64,000 nt of DNA from Eubacteriales bacterium (GCA_031553225.1 JAVBLU010000017.1:4375-68374), one strand, 5' to 3'; shown: positions 40,913 through 51,175, numbered from the stretch's first letter. The notes: generated by a model from the sequence alone, not told the origin. A program made the numbers and translations.

Positions 40913-41992
40913 TTGAGCCAGCCCAGCGATGCCAAACAAAGCCGTATCACCGAGCTCGTCGAAGCGGGAAAACAAAAAGGCGTGCTCACCTACAAAGAGA
41001 TCATGGACGAGTTGGTCGAGATCGAGCTGGAGCCCGATCAGATCGACAAGATCTATGAGTCTTTGGCGCGGCTTGGCGTGGACGTGGTGGGCGAGGTGGA
41101 CGTCGACCCCATCGCGCCCGAAAAGGCCGTAGAGGAAGAGGATCTGTCCGTGCCGGACGGGGTGTCACTGGACGACCCCGTGCGCATGTATCTAAAGGAA
41201 ATCGGCAAGGTGCCCCTGCTTTCCGCGCAGCAGGAGATCGAGATCGCCCAGCGCATGGAGGTGGGCGACCCGGACGCCAAGCGCAAGCTGGCCGAGGCGA
41301 ACCTGCGCCTGGTCGTGTCGATCGCCAAGCGGTACCTGGGGCGCGGCATGCAGTTTCTGGACCTGATTCAGGAAGGGAACCTGGGGCTCATCAAGGCCGT
41401 TGAGAAGTTCGACTACCGCCGTGGCTATAAGTTTTCCACCTACGCCACCTGGTGGATCCGTCAGGCGATCACACGAGCCATTGCCGATCAGGCGCGCACC
41501 ATCCGCATCCCCGTGCACATGGTGGAGACGATCAACAAGCTCATCCGCGTATCCCGCCAGCTGCTGCAGGAGTATGGGCGCGAGCCACAGCCCGAGGAGA
41601 TCGCCCGCGAGATGGCCATCACCGAGGACAAGGTGCGCGAGATCATCAAAATTGCCCAGGAGCCCGTGTCGCTGGAGACGCCCATCGGCGAGGAAGAGGA
41701 CTCCCACCTGGGCGATTTCATTCCGGACGACGAGGCTCCTGCGCCCGCCGAGGCCGCTTCCTACACGCTTTTGAAGGAACAGCTGATGGACGTGCTCGAT
41801 ACCCTCACCCCGCGCGAGGAGAAGGTGTTGCGCCTGCGCTTCGGGCTGGACGACGGCCGCGCGCGCACGCTGGAGGAAGTGGGTAAGGAGTTTAACGTGA
41901 CCCGCGAGCGCATCCGCCAGATTGAGGCCAAGGCGCTGCGCAAGCTCCGCCATCCTTCCCGCTCTAAAAAGCTGAAGGATTTTCTGGACTAG
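40913..41992 (+). CDS. rpoD: Primary sigma factor SigA/RpoD
   Basis: [41 protein letters not shown]. Confidence 0.98.
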   Translation: MSQPSDAKQSRITELVEAGKQKGVLTYKEIMDELVEIELEPDQIDKIYESLARLGVDVVGEVDVDPIAPEKAVEEEDLSVPDGVSLDDPVRMYLKEIGKVPLLSAQQEIEIAQRMEVGDPDAKRKLAEANLRLVVSIAKRYLGRGMQFLDLIQEGNLGLIKAVEKFDYRRGYKFSTYATWWIRQAITRAIADQARTIRIPVHMVETINKLIRVSRQLLQEYGREPQPEEIAREMAITEDKVREIIKIAQEPVSLETPIGEEEDSHLGDFIPDDEAPAPAEAASYTLLKEQLMDVLDTLTPREEKVLRLRFGLDDGRARTLEEVGKEFNVTRERIRQIEAKALRKLRHPSRSKKLKDFLD

Positions 41993-42066
41993 CAAAAACG
42001 CGCGTATCACGGCGCGACGGCGTGTACACGGGCCGTCGCGCCGTGCTGTGCAAAGGGAGGCCCGCT

Positions 42067-42714
42067 ATGTCCGCACGCCTTGCCATGCTGGCGCGTCTTG
42101 TGCTGCCCTGCGCGTGCGCGGCGGACGTCGGAGCCGACCACGGCCGGCTCGGCGCGATGCTTCTGCAGGAAGGCGTGTGTGCGCGTCTGGTCGCCTGTGA
42201 CGTAAGCGCCCGGGCGCTTTCCAAGGCGCGTGCCCTGTACGAAGCGCTGGGCCTGTGCGAGCGCGTGCGGCTGCATACGGGCGACGGCTTAAGCGGCCTT
42301 GCGCCGGGCGAGGCCCAGGCTATCGTGTGCGCGGGCATGGGGGCCGTCACCATGACCGGGGTGCTGGAACGTGGGCTTGCGGTCATCGGCGACAGCGCGC
42401 TCATCCTCTCGCCCACGCTTGGGCATGGCGACGTGCGCCGCTTTCTGCAGCGCAACGGCTTCGCGCTGGAGCAGGAGGCGCTGTGCCGTGAGCGGGGCCG
42501 TTTCTACGTGGCCATGCGCGCGCGAAGGGGGGCCGCCCCTCCTCTAACGCCCGCCCAGGAAGAGCTTGGATGCTACCTTGGCGGCTCGCCTCTGTTTAGC
42601 GCTTACCTGCGCTGGCGCATCGGTGTGGCCGCGCGCATGCAAACCCCGCAAGGCCGCGCGCTGCATGCTGTCCTTGCGGAAGCGGGGAACCGCGAAGAGG
42701 AGGGGGCGCCGTGA
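42067..42714 (+). CDS. trmK: tRNA m1A22 methyltransferase TrmK-like
   Basis: ADVGADHG, GDGL, CAGMG; synteny after sigA. Confidence 0.85.
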   Translation: MSARLAMLARLVLPCACAADVGADHGRLGAMLLQEGVCARLVACDVSARALSKARALYEALGLCERVRLHTGDGLSGLAPGEAQAIVCAGMGAVTMTGVLERGLAVIGDSALILSPTLGHGDVRRFLQRNGFALEQEALCRERGRFYVAMRARRGAAPPLTPAQEELGCYLGGSPLFSAYLRWRIGVAARMQTPQGRALHAVLAEAGNREEEGAP

Positions 42715-43526
42715 CGCCGCGCGTATCCGGCCTGATGGCCGCTATGGAGCGCATTGCTCCGGCCGCGCTCGCGCAGGAGGGGGACAACGTAGGGCTCCTG
42801 GCGGGTGATCCGTCTGATTCGCTCACAGGGGTGTACGTAGCCTTGGACCTGACCGTTGAAGCCGTGCAGGACGCCCGCGCGCACGGCTGCAGCGCCGTGC
42901 TTACGCATCACCCGATTCTGTACCGCCCCGTGCGCGCCCTGCGGCTGGACGACCCGGCGCTCGCGCCCGCGCTGCAGCTCATCCGCAGCGGCATGTCGCT
43001 CTTTACGGCGCATACGAACTGGGATATGGCGCAAGGCGGCGTGCGCGACTGCCTTGCAGATGCGCTGGAGCTCAGCGGCCGCGCTGTGGACGGCCTGGTT
43101 GCCGCGGGCGACCTGCCCCGTCCTGTGCCCCTCTCGCAGCTGGCCGCGTGGGCGGGCCGCCGCCTTGGCTGCGACCTGCCGCGCTATTACGGGCCGGACC
43201 GCGAGGTGCGCCGCCTAGCCGTGTGCGGGGGCGCGGGCATGTCTGAGGCGCGCGTTGCCTGCGCCCTGGGCGTTGACGCCTACCTGACGGGCGATGTGAC
43301 CTACCACGATGCGCAGGACGCGGCAGCCGAGGGGCTTGCGCTGGTGGACTGCGGCCACGCTGAAACCGAACGTTTGTCGCTGTCGTTTCTTGGCAGACGT
43401 TTACAAACGGAGTTTTCTGCGTTACAATGGCATATACCGATATTCATAAGCGACCTGCCGCCCCTGGCAGGCCGCCTCATGATGTCCGCACGAGCGGAGA
43501 AAGAGGCGACAGATGACGCAATATGA
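42711..43526 (+). CDS. Nif3-like (DUF34) dinuclear metal protein
   Basis: DNVGL, THHP, HTNWD, GD..YH, GH..TE. Confidence 0.92.
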   Translation: MTPRVSGLMAAMERIAPAALAQEGDNVGLLAGDPSDSLTGVYVALDLTVEAVQDARAHGCSAVLTHHPILYRPVRALRLDDPALAPALQLIRSGMSLFTAHTNWDMAQGGVRDCLADALELSGRAVDGLVAAGDLPRPVPLSQLAAWAGRRLGCDLPRYYGPDREVRRLAVCGGAGMSEARVACALGVDAYLTGDVTYHDAQDAAAEGLALVDCGHAETERLSLSFLGRRLQTEFSALQWHIPIFISDLPPLAGRLMMSARAEKEATDDAI

Positions 43527-44223
43527 AGCGATAACCGCTTATCAGCAGGCCGACATGGCCGTTGTGCGCTGCGAGAGCACGCTGAAAAACTCCGCCAGCC
43601 GCAAACGCCTGATGGCCGTGCACGGGCAGCTGCTCGAGCTGACGAACGGCATGCAAAAAATCGAAGCGGACATCAGCCGTTTCCAGGCGTCCCTCACCGC
43701 ACTGCGCAGCGAGTACGCCGGGCTGGAGGCGGCCATCGACGACGGCCTGGCCATCGTGAACGAGGGCAAGGTGGAGGATATCGACTACATCCGCGCCATG
43801 GCCGTGGACGCCGAGCAGATCGCCACCCAGCTCACCGCCATCTCCCAGGACGTGCGCCGCGTGCAGGAGGAGATCAGCGCCCAGGAACGCCAGTACAAGG
43901 AGATGCGCCAGAAGGCCGTGCAGCGCAAGCAGGAGTTCGATCAGCTGAAGGCCGCCGTGGACGAAGAGATAAAGGGCGCGCAGGAGGAACTCACGAAGCT
44001 TACGGCCGCGCGCGACGCATTGGCGGGCGACATCAACCCGCAGCTGCTGGGGCGCTACCAAAGCGTTAAATCGCACGTAGTGCCGCCCGTGGCGCGCCTG
44101 CAGGGCGACCAATGCGGCGGGTGCAACATGTCGCTGCCCTCCGTCGTGGTCAAGAAGGTGAATCTGGGTACGGCCATCGTGGAGTGCGAAAACTGCGGAC
44201 GCATTCTCTTCGCCTCCGCTTGA
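43513..44223 (+). CDS. Coiled-coil protein with C4 zinc ribbon (CT398/HP0958-like)
   Basis: Long heptad-repeat region followed by CGGC..CENCGRIL. Confidence 0.85.
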   Translation: MTQYEAITAYQQADMAVVRCESTLKNSASRKRLMAVHGQLLELTNGMQKIEADISRFQASLTALRSEYAGLEAAIDDGLAIVNEGKVEDIDYIRAMAVDAEQIATQLTAISQDVRRVQEEISAQERQYKEMRQKAVQRKQEFDQLKAAVDEEIKGAQEELTKLTAARDALAGDINPQLLGRYQSVKSHVVPPVARLQGDQCGGCNMSLPSVVVKKVNLGTAIVECENCGRILFASA

Positions 44224-44248
44224 CGCCGCCCCGGGTTTGTGATACATT
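44220..44248 (+). promoter_or_regulatory. SigA promoter of rnpB
   Basis: TTGACG-17 bp-TACATT with extended TG, 6 nt before the RNA 5' end. Confidence 0.7.
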
Positions 44249-44254
44249 GTCGGC

Positions 44255-44591
44255 GCAGTAGGCAAAGCGGCCGCAGGCCCGAAAGGGCATGAGGAAAGTC
44301 CGAGCACCGCAGGGCAGGGTGCCGGGTAATACCCGGTGGAGGCGACTCCAAGGAGAGTGCAACAGAGAGATACCGCGCGCGCCGCAAGGCGCGCGTAAGG
44401 GTGGAAAGGTGAGGTAAGAGCTCACCGGCGGCTTGGCGACTTGCCCGTCATGTAAACCCCACCCGGTGCAAGATGCAAGGGAGCATATGCGGCGGCCCGT
44501 CGCGCTCCCAGGATATCGCTGGAGCCTTCTGGCAACAGGGGGCCTAGATAGATGGCCGCTCACGACAGAACTCGGCTTACCAACCTACTGC
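44255..44591 (+). ncRNA. rnpB: RNase P RNA (bacterial type A)
   Basis: GAGGAAAGTCCGAGC, AGTGCAACAGAGAG, GTAAACCCC, ACAGAACTCGGCTTA; P1 GCAGTAGG/CCTACTGC. Confidence 0.97.
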
Positions 44592-44595
44592 ACCA

Positions 44596-44641
44596 AAAAA
44601 CCGGCGGGCGAGTCTGCGGCGCAGACCCCTCGCCGGTTTTC
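44596..44641. terminator. Bidirectional terminator hairpin
   Basis: AAAAACCGGCGGG...CTCGCCGGTTTT. Confidence 0.7.
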
Positions 44642-44691
44642 CTTTGGTGCTTTACAGGCGGCCCCAAAGGGTTCGCTTTACAAAGAGGCGC

Positions 44692-45123
44692 TCACTTGGT
44701 CAGCTTAATGGCGGCTATGCGCTGGTAATCGGCGAGAGTCTCCCGGCAATCCACGCGAAACATCATCCACTTGCCGATCTTCATGTAGTCGCTGGCGGCC
44801 CTGTAGCGCTCGGACATAGCGGGGGTCATCAGGGGGAGCGCCGCCTCCATCTGCATGTCGTGACGGTAGGCGACGACCACCATCATGGAGAAGCCGCCCT
44901 CCTCGGGGTACAGCGTTCCCAAACCCACGCCGCTTTTCTGAAACTTGACGTTCCAGCCGGGCTTACCGCTGCAGGTGGAGTAGGTCATCTTGGGCTTGCA
45001 GGAGAGCGTGTCGGCCATAAAGGAGAGCAGCTCATGAAAGAGCGCGCGGCCCTCGCCCATGTAGGCGGCCATCTCTTCAAGGGTAGGGGGCTTGTCCTGG
45101 GGATACAGCGCCATCCATTCCAT
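44692..45123 (-). CDS. DUF3788-like protein
   Basis: YSTCS..PGWNVKF.K.G..L.TLYP, GKWM; AGGAGG RBS. Confidence 0.75.
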   Translation of the reverse strand: MEWMALYPQDKPPTLEEMAAYMGEGRALFHELLSFMADTLSCKPKMTYSTCSGKPGWNVKFQKSGVGLGTLYPEEGGFSMMVVVAYRHDMQMEAALPLMTPAMSERYRAASDYMKIGKWMMFRVDCRETLADYQRIAAIKLTK

Positions 45124-45193
45124 GGATATCCCTCCTGTCGGCGACATGATATCCTGGCATGCAGGCCGGCAGGGCGCGGCCGGCTTTCGCAGA

Positions 45194-46234
45194 TTACCGC
45201 ACGGCTTCCGGCGCGTGCGAGCGCATGGAGCGATAGGCGGCGCAGATGGTGTTCGTGATGAGTGCGCCGTCCTCCACGGGGATAAGGGGCCGGCCGCCCT
45301 CGACGATGGCCCGCGCGAAGTCGTCCACAAACAGGGCGCGGTCGTTTTGCCTCTCCACGGGAATGGCAGTAAACACGCCGGTGGGCACGCCCATGCCCTC
45401 AACCGTCGTGTACAGCTCCAGAAGGTCGCCCTGGAAGCGCAGCGTGCCCTTCGTGCCATAAATGACGTTTGTATTGTCCGTGTGGCTGGCGCCAAAGGCC
45501 GAGCTCATGGCTTCGCACACGCAGTAAGCGGAGCTGTCCTGATACTGAATGAGCAGGCCGATGGCGTCTTCCACGGCCGCCGTGGCCGTGTACGTGCCGC
45601 CAAGCGCCGATACGCTGGCGGGCGCAAGGCCGGTGATGTGGTACATGGCGTCCAGGTTGTGCACGGCGTTCATGATGAGGATGCCGCCCCCGGCCATACC
45701 CTCGAAGGCGCGCCAGGTGGACAGCCGGGCGCGGCCGCCCACGCCGTTGGACCAGTACGTATCGTCTTTGTAACCGATGGCGAGGATGCGCGTGTTTGTC
45801 ACGGAGCCTATGGCGCCCCTGAGCACGAGTTCGCGCGCTTTTTGCACGGTTTGCGTGAAGCGCATGACCATGGCCACCGCGCCCACGCGGCCCGCCTTGC
45901 GCACCTCCGACACGATGAAAGCCGCGTCGCCCGGCGTTGTGGCCATGGGCTTCTCAATCATTACGTGTTTGCCCGCGCGCACAGCCGCCACGGCGATGGC
46001 CGCGTGCAGCGCATGCGGCACGGCCACGTACACCGCGTCGATGTCCTCGTGGGCGAGGAAGCCGAATAGATCATTTTCCACGGGCAAGCCAAAGGCGGCC
46101 GCCGTCTCGTTCATGGCCGTGGGCTCCACATCCAGGAAACGCGTCATCTCGCAGCGCGCGCTCTCCTTGATGCCCTTGGCGGTTGCAGGCATGATCTGGC
46201 CGCAGCCGATCATGCCGATGCGCAGCTTCTGCAT
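45194..46234 (-). CDS. Gfo/Idh/MocA-family NAD-dependent oxidoreductase
   Basis: IGCGQI, GKHV.IEKP, GGG.L...HNLD. Confidence 0.92.
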   Translation of the reverse strand: MQKLRIGMIGCGQIMPATAKGIKESARCEMTRFLDVEPTAMNETAAAFGLPVENDLFGFLAHEDIDAVYVAVPHALHAAIAVAAVRAGKHVMIEKPMATTPGDAAFIVSEVRKAGRVGAVAMVMRFTQTVQKARELVLRGAIGSVTNTRILAIGYKDDTYWSNGVGGRARLSTWRAFEGMAGGGILIMNAVHNLDAMYHITGLAPASVSALGGTYTATAAVEDAIGLLIQYQDSSAYCVCEAMSSAFGASHTDNTNVIYGTKGTLRFQGDLLELYTTVEGMGVPTGVFTAIPVERQNDRALFVDDFARAIVEGGRPLIPVEDGALITNTICAAYRSMRSHAPEAVR

Positions 46235-46245
46235 GGCGCCCCCTC

Positions 46246-47040
46246 CTAACCGATCAGACCGACGCCAACTCGCAGGCGCGCCAGGTCAATCAGCGCGCGC
46301 ACGGCCGTGTTGTGCAGCTTCATCACACGCGTCGGGTCGGACGAGCCGTCGATCTCCGCGGACAGATAGCCCTGGTAATCCATGCGCACGAGCTCCTCAA
46401 ACAGCTGCAGATACGGGTATTCGCGGCCCACGTCGTGCATATGGATGTGTTTCACGTAGGGTTTTACACGCAGGAAAGTCTCGCGGGCGTTGCCGCTCAC
46501 CAGGTCGCGGTTGTCGCAGTTGTACAAAACGGCGGCGTTGGCACGCCCCGCCGCCTGCACGGCGGGCAGCGTGTAGCCCCAGTAATTGAACTGGCCGTGC
46601 ATCTCAAGCAGGATGGTCACGCCGAGAGGCGCGGCCTTGTCGGCCATCTGCCCAAGCGTTTCCGCCACGTAGGCCACGCAGTCCTGGGCGTTTACGCCGG
46701 CGGGCACGTTGTTGCCGAACACGCGCACCATGCGGCAGCCAAGGTCGGCGGCCAGTTCGGCCGTGGCGGCCACACCGTCCACTATTTTTCTTCGTTCTGC
46801 GGCTTCGGGGTTGTGCAGCTCGTACTGGGAGTTGAGGCAGGCGACCTCCAGATACTGGTCTTCCACCTGGCGGCGGCGGGTTTTGCGCTCCTCTTTGCTG
46901 AGGGAAACCTCGATGCCGTGCGGAAAGACGTTGCCCGTACGGAACTCCAGGCCTGCGCAGCCGGAGTCCTTGGCGAGCGCCAGGCATTGCTCGAACGTGA
47001 GGTCCTTTCCGATGCTGACGCTGGTGAAACTGAGTTTCAT
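46246..47040 (-). CDS. Xylose-isomerase-like TIM-barrel (sugar-phosphate isomerase/epimerase family) protein
   Basis: GLEFR, LLEMHG, HIHMHD, GYLSAE; AAGGAGG RBS. Confidence 0.88.
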   Translation of the reverse strand: MKLSFTSVSIGKDLTFEQCLALAKDSGCAGLEFRTGNVFPHGIEVSLSKEERKTRRRQVEDQYLEVACLNSQYELHNPEAAERRKIVDGVAATAELAADLGCRMVRVFGNNVPAGVNAQDCVAYVAETLGQMADKAAPLGVTILLEMHGQFNYWGYTLPAVQAAGRANAAVLYNCDNRDLVSGNARETFLRVKPYVKHIHMHDVGREYPYLQLFEELVRMDYQGYLSAEIDGSSDPTRVMKLHNTAVRALIDLARLRVGVGLIG

Positions 47041-47470
47041 GGCTGGGGATGCCTCCTTTGCTACTTGCCTTGCGTGCGCGGCCCGTTTCACGGCCGGCAG
47101 GTACTTGTGCTGCAGGTTATTAATTCGGCAGGGCACTCATCCCAATCCTTGTTTCAATGCGAATGTTCCGTAACAAATTGCGGCGCTTGCCTTTGTCCGC
47201 GTCCGCCGCGGGTCCGCAGCTTATTAAACCGCCGCGCGGGAATGAACGGGTACGCCATGAATCAAGGGGGGGAGTGGTGGATTATGGGTTGACGAAGCGG
47301 CGGTTTTGTGATGGAATTGGCATGGAGAGGGATCATATCAAGGAAGGCTGTGAAGCAAAAACCGGCCGGTGCGTCGTTTTTCTGGTGAAGGCATTCTGCG
47401 CCCGCGACGCGCGTCATGCTGCCGCGAGCGCTTTTCAAACGACCGCAACAAATAAAGGGGGGACTGCTGC

Positions 47471-48178
47471 GTGAGAAAATGCGCAAGGCTGCTGGCGGGC
47501 TTGCTCGCTCTTGCTCTGCCGCTTACGGCGGCCAGGGCCGCGCCCGGGGCGGGCGCGTATCCGTTTGAACAGCGGCGCTACTCCAGCAACACGATCTACG
47601 CGGCGGATCAGCTGCGCGAGGAACTGAAGGAGTTTCGCGACGCTCTTTCTAACCTCGCGCCCGAGCGCGCCGTGCCGCAGGAGGAGGCCGCGGCCGTTTC
47701 TCTGCTTGTGGAAGGGCTGCTCGCCGAGTCGGTTCCGGACGCTTACCCGGAGGAGCTGCCCCAGCAGCGCATGGAGAACCGCGGCGTATACCGCATGCTG
47801 GCCGCCATCTACGGCGAGGAACTGGCGCAGGCAAGCCCCGCCGACATCGTCATGGCCTATGAGCCGGACGACCCGCAGGTGCTGCGCTGCACGTTTACCG
47901 CCCGCCTCTTTGGGCAGGACACGATGATGGAGGCGTACCTGCGCCGCCAAGGGGCCGGCTGGACGCTTTTGCGCTTTGCCGCCGCGGATGAGGAGTATTT
48001 CTATATCCGCTACGCTTATCGGTGCCTGCGCAAGAACAATCCAGACGCCCGCACCGTCCGGGCGATGGACGAGGCGGTGGACGCTTTTCTGGCCCGGCCG
48101 GCAGAACAGCAACGGGCGTACCTGGGCCCGTGCTCGCATCCGCCCCTCCTGCAGGTGGACATCGACGCCAACGAGTGA
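47471..48178 (+). CDS. Hypothetical secreted protein
   Basis: Signal peptide (AARA cleavage-like site), AAGGGGG RBS, coding-like composition. Confidence 0.7.
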   Translation: MRKCARLLAGLLALALPLTAARAAPGAGAYPFEQRRYSSNTIYAADQLREELKEFRDALSNLAPERAVPQEEAAAVSLLVEGLLAESVPDAYPEELPQQRMENRGVYRMLAAIYGEELAQASPADIVMAYEPDDPQVLRCTFTARLFGQDTMMEAYLRRQGAGWTLLRFAAADEEYFYIRYAYRCLRKNNPDARTVRAMDEAVDAFLARPAEQQRAYLGPCSHPPLLQVDIDANE

Positions 48179-48322
48179 CGCCCGCCTTGGCCGCCGGCGT
48201 TGCCGCACGCGGCGAACCCGGGCCGCCGGACGAAAAATGTGGTTTTCTTGAGCATCCTTGAAAGGTTTTCGCCGCGCGCGGCGAATAATATATGGATTGT
48301 GAAAAGGATGGTGAGGGACCGC

Positions 48323-49201
48323 ATGCCCTACCCAGTGACAGGCATGGAACAGCTCGCCGAGGGACTGTGGCGGCTGAGCGTCAACGCGCCCCTGGTGGCG
48401 CGCGCCTGCAGGCCCGGCCAGTTTGTCATATTGCGCGCGCACCCGCAGGGGGAGAGGATACCGCTCACCGCATGCGACCCGGAGCCTGACACGGGGGACA
48501 TCTCCGTCATCTTTCAGGTGGCCGGTTTTTCCACGCGCCTCATGTCCGCCCTACGGCCGGGCGATCTGCTGCAGGACATCGTGGGGCCGCTGGGGCACCC
48601 CTCGCAGTTCTTTGGCGCCAAGCGCATCGTGTGCGTAGGGGGCGGCGTGGGCACGGCGGTGGTGTATCCGCAGGTGCGCTATCTCTCCACGCTGCCGGAC
48701 GTGGCGGTGGACGTGGTGACCGGCGCGCGCACGAAGGATCTGCTGATTTTGCTGCCGGAGCTGTCGGATCTTACGCGCGCGGTATACCCCTGCACGGACG
48801 ACGGAAGCTTTGGCTTTCACGGCTTCGTCACGCAGCGGCTCTTGCAGCTTCTGGACGGCGAGAGCTATGATCTGTGCGTTGTGATCGGCCCGCCGCGCAT
48901 GATGCAGGCCGTGTGCCAGATTACCCGCGACAAGGGCCTGAGAACCGTCATCTCCCTCAACCCCATCATGCTGGACGGTACGGGCATGTGCGGCTGCTGC
49001 CGCGTGATTGTGGACGGCAAGGTGCGCTACGCCTGCGTGGACGGCCCGGATTTCGACGGCCATTTGGTTGACTTTGACTCCTTCATCCGCCGCATGAGCT
49101 TGTACCGGCCCGAGGAGCGCGCGGCGCTGGATGTGCACCCCTGCGGCGAGGATTGCCGCCTTCTGCGCGCGGCGGGGCTGAAGAAGGGGGAGGACTGCTG
49201 A
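48323..49201 (+). CDS. nfnA: NfnA/SudB-type FAD/[2Fe-2S] subunit of electron-bifurcating transhydrogenase
   Basis: PGQFVI, ERIPLT, GGGVG, DGTGMCGCCR..CVDGP.F. Confidence 0.85.
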   Translation: MPYPVTGMEQLAEGLWRLSVNAPLVARACRPGQFVILRAHPQGERIPLTACDPEPDTGDISVIFQVAGFSTRLMSALRPGDLLQDIVGPLGHPSQFFGAKRIVCVGGGVGTAVVYPQVRYLSTLPDVAVDVVTGARTKDLLILLPELSDLTRAVYPCTDDGSFGFHGFVTQRLLQLLDGESYDLCVVIGPPRMMQAVCQITRDKGLRTVISLNPIMLDGTGMCGCCRVIVDGKVRYACVDGPDFDGHLVDFDSFIRRMSLYRPEERAALDVHPCGEDCRLLRAAGLKKGEDC

Positions 49202-50577
49202 TGCGCAAGATTGACCGGGTGCCCATGCCGGTGCAGGATGCGGCGGCGCGCAGCGCAAACTTCACCGAGGTGGCCCTTGGGTACGGTGAGGCGGAGGCGC
49301 GTCTGGAAGCGCAGCGGTGCCTGCAGTGCAAAAAACCAAAGTGCGTAGAGGGCTGCCCCGTCGGCGTGCAGATTCCCGAGTTCATCAAGGCCGTGGTCAT
49401 GGGTCAGGACGACCGGGCCATCGACATCATCGCCAAGACCAACGCCCTGCCCGGCGTGTGCGGCCGCGTGTGCCCCCAGGAAGAGCAGTGCGAGAAGGTG
49501 TGCGTGCTGGCCGCGAAGGGCAAGAGCGTGGCGATTGGCAACCTGGAGCGCTACGCCGCCGACGGGCGGATGAGAAGGGGCGACGCCGCGCCTCCGCCCG
49601 CGCCGCGCATCGGCAAAAGGGCCGCGGTGGTGGGCGCCGGCCCGGCCGGACGTACCTGCGCCGGGTCGCTTGCGGCGCTTGGCTGGGAGGTTACGGTGTA
49701 CGAGGCCTTCCACGCGCCGGGCGGCGTGCTTATCTACGGCATTCCGGAGTTCCGCCTGCCCAAGGCGCTCGTACGCGCCGAGGTGGCCGCGCTGGAAGCC
49801 GCGGGCGTGCGCTTTGAGTTCAACGTGGTCGTCGGCCGCACACTGAGCGTAGAGGAACTGCTCGCGCACAACGACGCCGTGTTCCTGGGCACGGGCGCCG
49901 GCCTGCCTTCGTTCATGGGCATTCCCGGCGAGGACCTGGGCGGCGTATTCTCGGCCAACGAATACCTAACGCGCATCAACCTGATGGGCGCCTTCCGCGA
50001 AGAGGCGCACACGCCCATCAAGCGCGCGGCCCGCGTGTGTGTGGTGGGCGGTGGAAACGTGGCCATGGACGCCGCACGCTGCGCCAAGCGTTTGGGGGCG
50101 GAGGTGACGGTCGTGTACCGCCGCACCATGGCCGAGATGCCCGCCCGGCGCGACGAGGTGCACCACGCCCAGGAAGAGGGCGTACGCTTCGAACTGTTGA
50201 AGAGCCCCGTGGCCATCCAGGGCGCGGACGGCTGGACGAGCGGTCTCACCTGCGTGCGCATGGAGCTGGGCGCGCCCGACGCTTCCGGACGCCGCCGCCC
50301 CGTGGCGGTGGAGGGGTCGGAGGAGACCATCCCGTGCGACGCGGTGATCATGGCCATCGGTACCACGCCCAACCCGCTTATCGCCCAAACCACGCCCGGG
50401 CTGGAGACAAACAAGTGGGGATGCATCGTGGTGCGCGGCGAGGATATGGACACCATGAAGGACGGCGTTTGGGCCGGCGGCGACGCCGTTACGGGCGCGG
50501 CCACGGTCATACTGGCCATGGGTGCAGGCCGCTCGGCCGCGCGTTCCATTCACGAACGCTGCGCCGCAATAGAGTAG
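49201..50577 (+). CDS. nfnB: NfnB/SudA (GltD-like) flavin/[4Fe-4S] subunit
   Basis: RCLQC..C..GCP, CGRVCPQE.QCE, GIPEFRLPK, GGGNVAMD, AGGD..TGAATV; coupled to nfnA. Confidence 0.85.
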   Translation: MRKIDRVPMPVQDAAARSANFTEVALGYGEAEARLEAQRCLQCKKPKCVEGCPVGVQIPEFIKAVVMGQDDRAIDIIAKTNALPGVCGRVCPQEEQCEKVCVLAAKGKSVAIGNLERYAADGRMRRGDAAPPPAPRIGKRAAVVGAGPAGRTCAGSLAALGWEVTVYEAFHAPGGVLIYGIPEFRLPKALVRAEVAALEAAGVRFEFNVVVGRTLSVEELLAHNDAVFLGTGAGLPSFMGIPGEDLGGVFSANEYLTRINLMGAFREEAHTPIKRAARVCVVGGGNVAMDAARCAKRLGAEVTVVYRRTMAEMPARRDEVHHAQEEGVRFELLKSPVAIQGADGWTSGLTCVRMELGAPDASGRRRPVAVEGSEETIPCDAVIMAIGTTPNPLIAQTTPGLETNKWGCIVVRGEDMDTMKDGVWAGGDAVTGAATVILAMGAGRSAARSIHERCAAIE

Positions 50578-50593
50578 TCGGGGGGAATAGCGC

Positions 50594-51109
50594 ATGCCGG
50601 ATATCCTGTATCGCGCTGCCGAAGGCGCGGAGCTGCGCGAGGCCAGCGCGGTGCTGGTGCGCTCGTGGAAGGAAGCTTACCGCGGCGTCGTGCCGGAGGC
50701 CGCTCTTTCCCTTTTGCGCGACGACAAATGGCTGAAAACTCTGGAGAGATGGAACCTGGCCGGAAGTGACAAGGAGACGGCACTGCTGCTCGTCAATCGC
50801 AAAATATGCGGCATGGCCGTGTACGGCATGCGCGAGGACAAGGACGTGTCCAGCCGCCTGGGCGAGGTGTTTCACCTCTACATCCTGCCGGAGTTCTGGG
50901 GCCAGGGCATGGGCAGCACGTTTCTGTCGCACATGCACATGCGCTTCGCGGCGCTTGGTTACCGCGGGGCGGTGGCCTGGGTGCCGCGCGACGTGGGATA
51001 CGGCAGACGCTGCTTTGCGGCGATGGGCTATAAAGCCGACGGCGCGGAGCGCGAGGCGCGCTACGCCGGCGCAGTCGTTCAGGAAGCGCGCATGCGGACG
51101 CTTCTGTAA
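50594..51109 (+). CDS. GNAT-family N-acetyltransferase
   Basis: W..AYRG.VP and LYILPEFWGQGMG acetyl-CoA motif. Confidence 0.88.
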   Translation: MPDILYRAAEGAELREASAVLVRSWKEAYRGVVPEAALSLLRDDKWLKTLERWNLAGSDKETALLLVNRKICGMAVYGMREDKDVSSRLGEVFHLYILPEFWGQGMGSTFLSHMHMRFAALGYRGAVAWVPRDVGYGRRCFAAMGYKADGAEREARYAGAVVQEARMRTLL

Positions 51110-51175
51110 ATACGCTTCTGCGCGGGCATGCTATGCCCGCGCGCATATGCAAAAGCGATGGAAATGAGGAAACCC

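Noticed and set aside
47157-47474. 105-aa ORF upstream of the secreted protein
   Set aside because: Atypical codon use and no recognisable motif; not supportable.
48296-48315. Possible Rex operator upstream of nfnAB (TTGTGAA)
   Set aside because: Only a half-site; the TTCACAA arm is absent.
49201-50577. Glutamate synthase small subunit call
   Set aside because: No gltB nearby; tight coupling to an NfnA-type gene favours NfnB/SudA.
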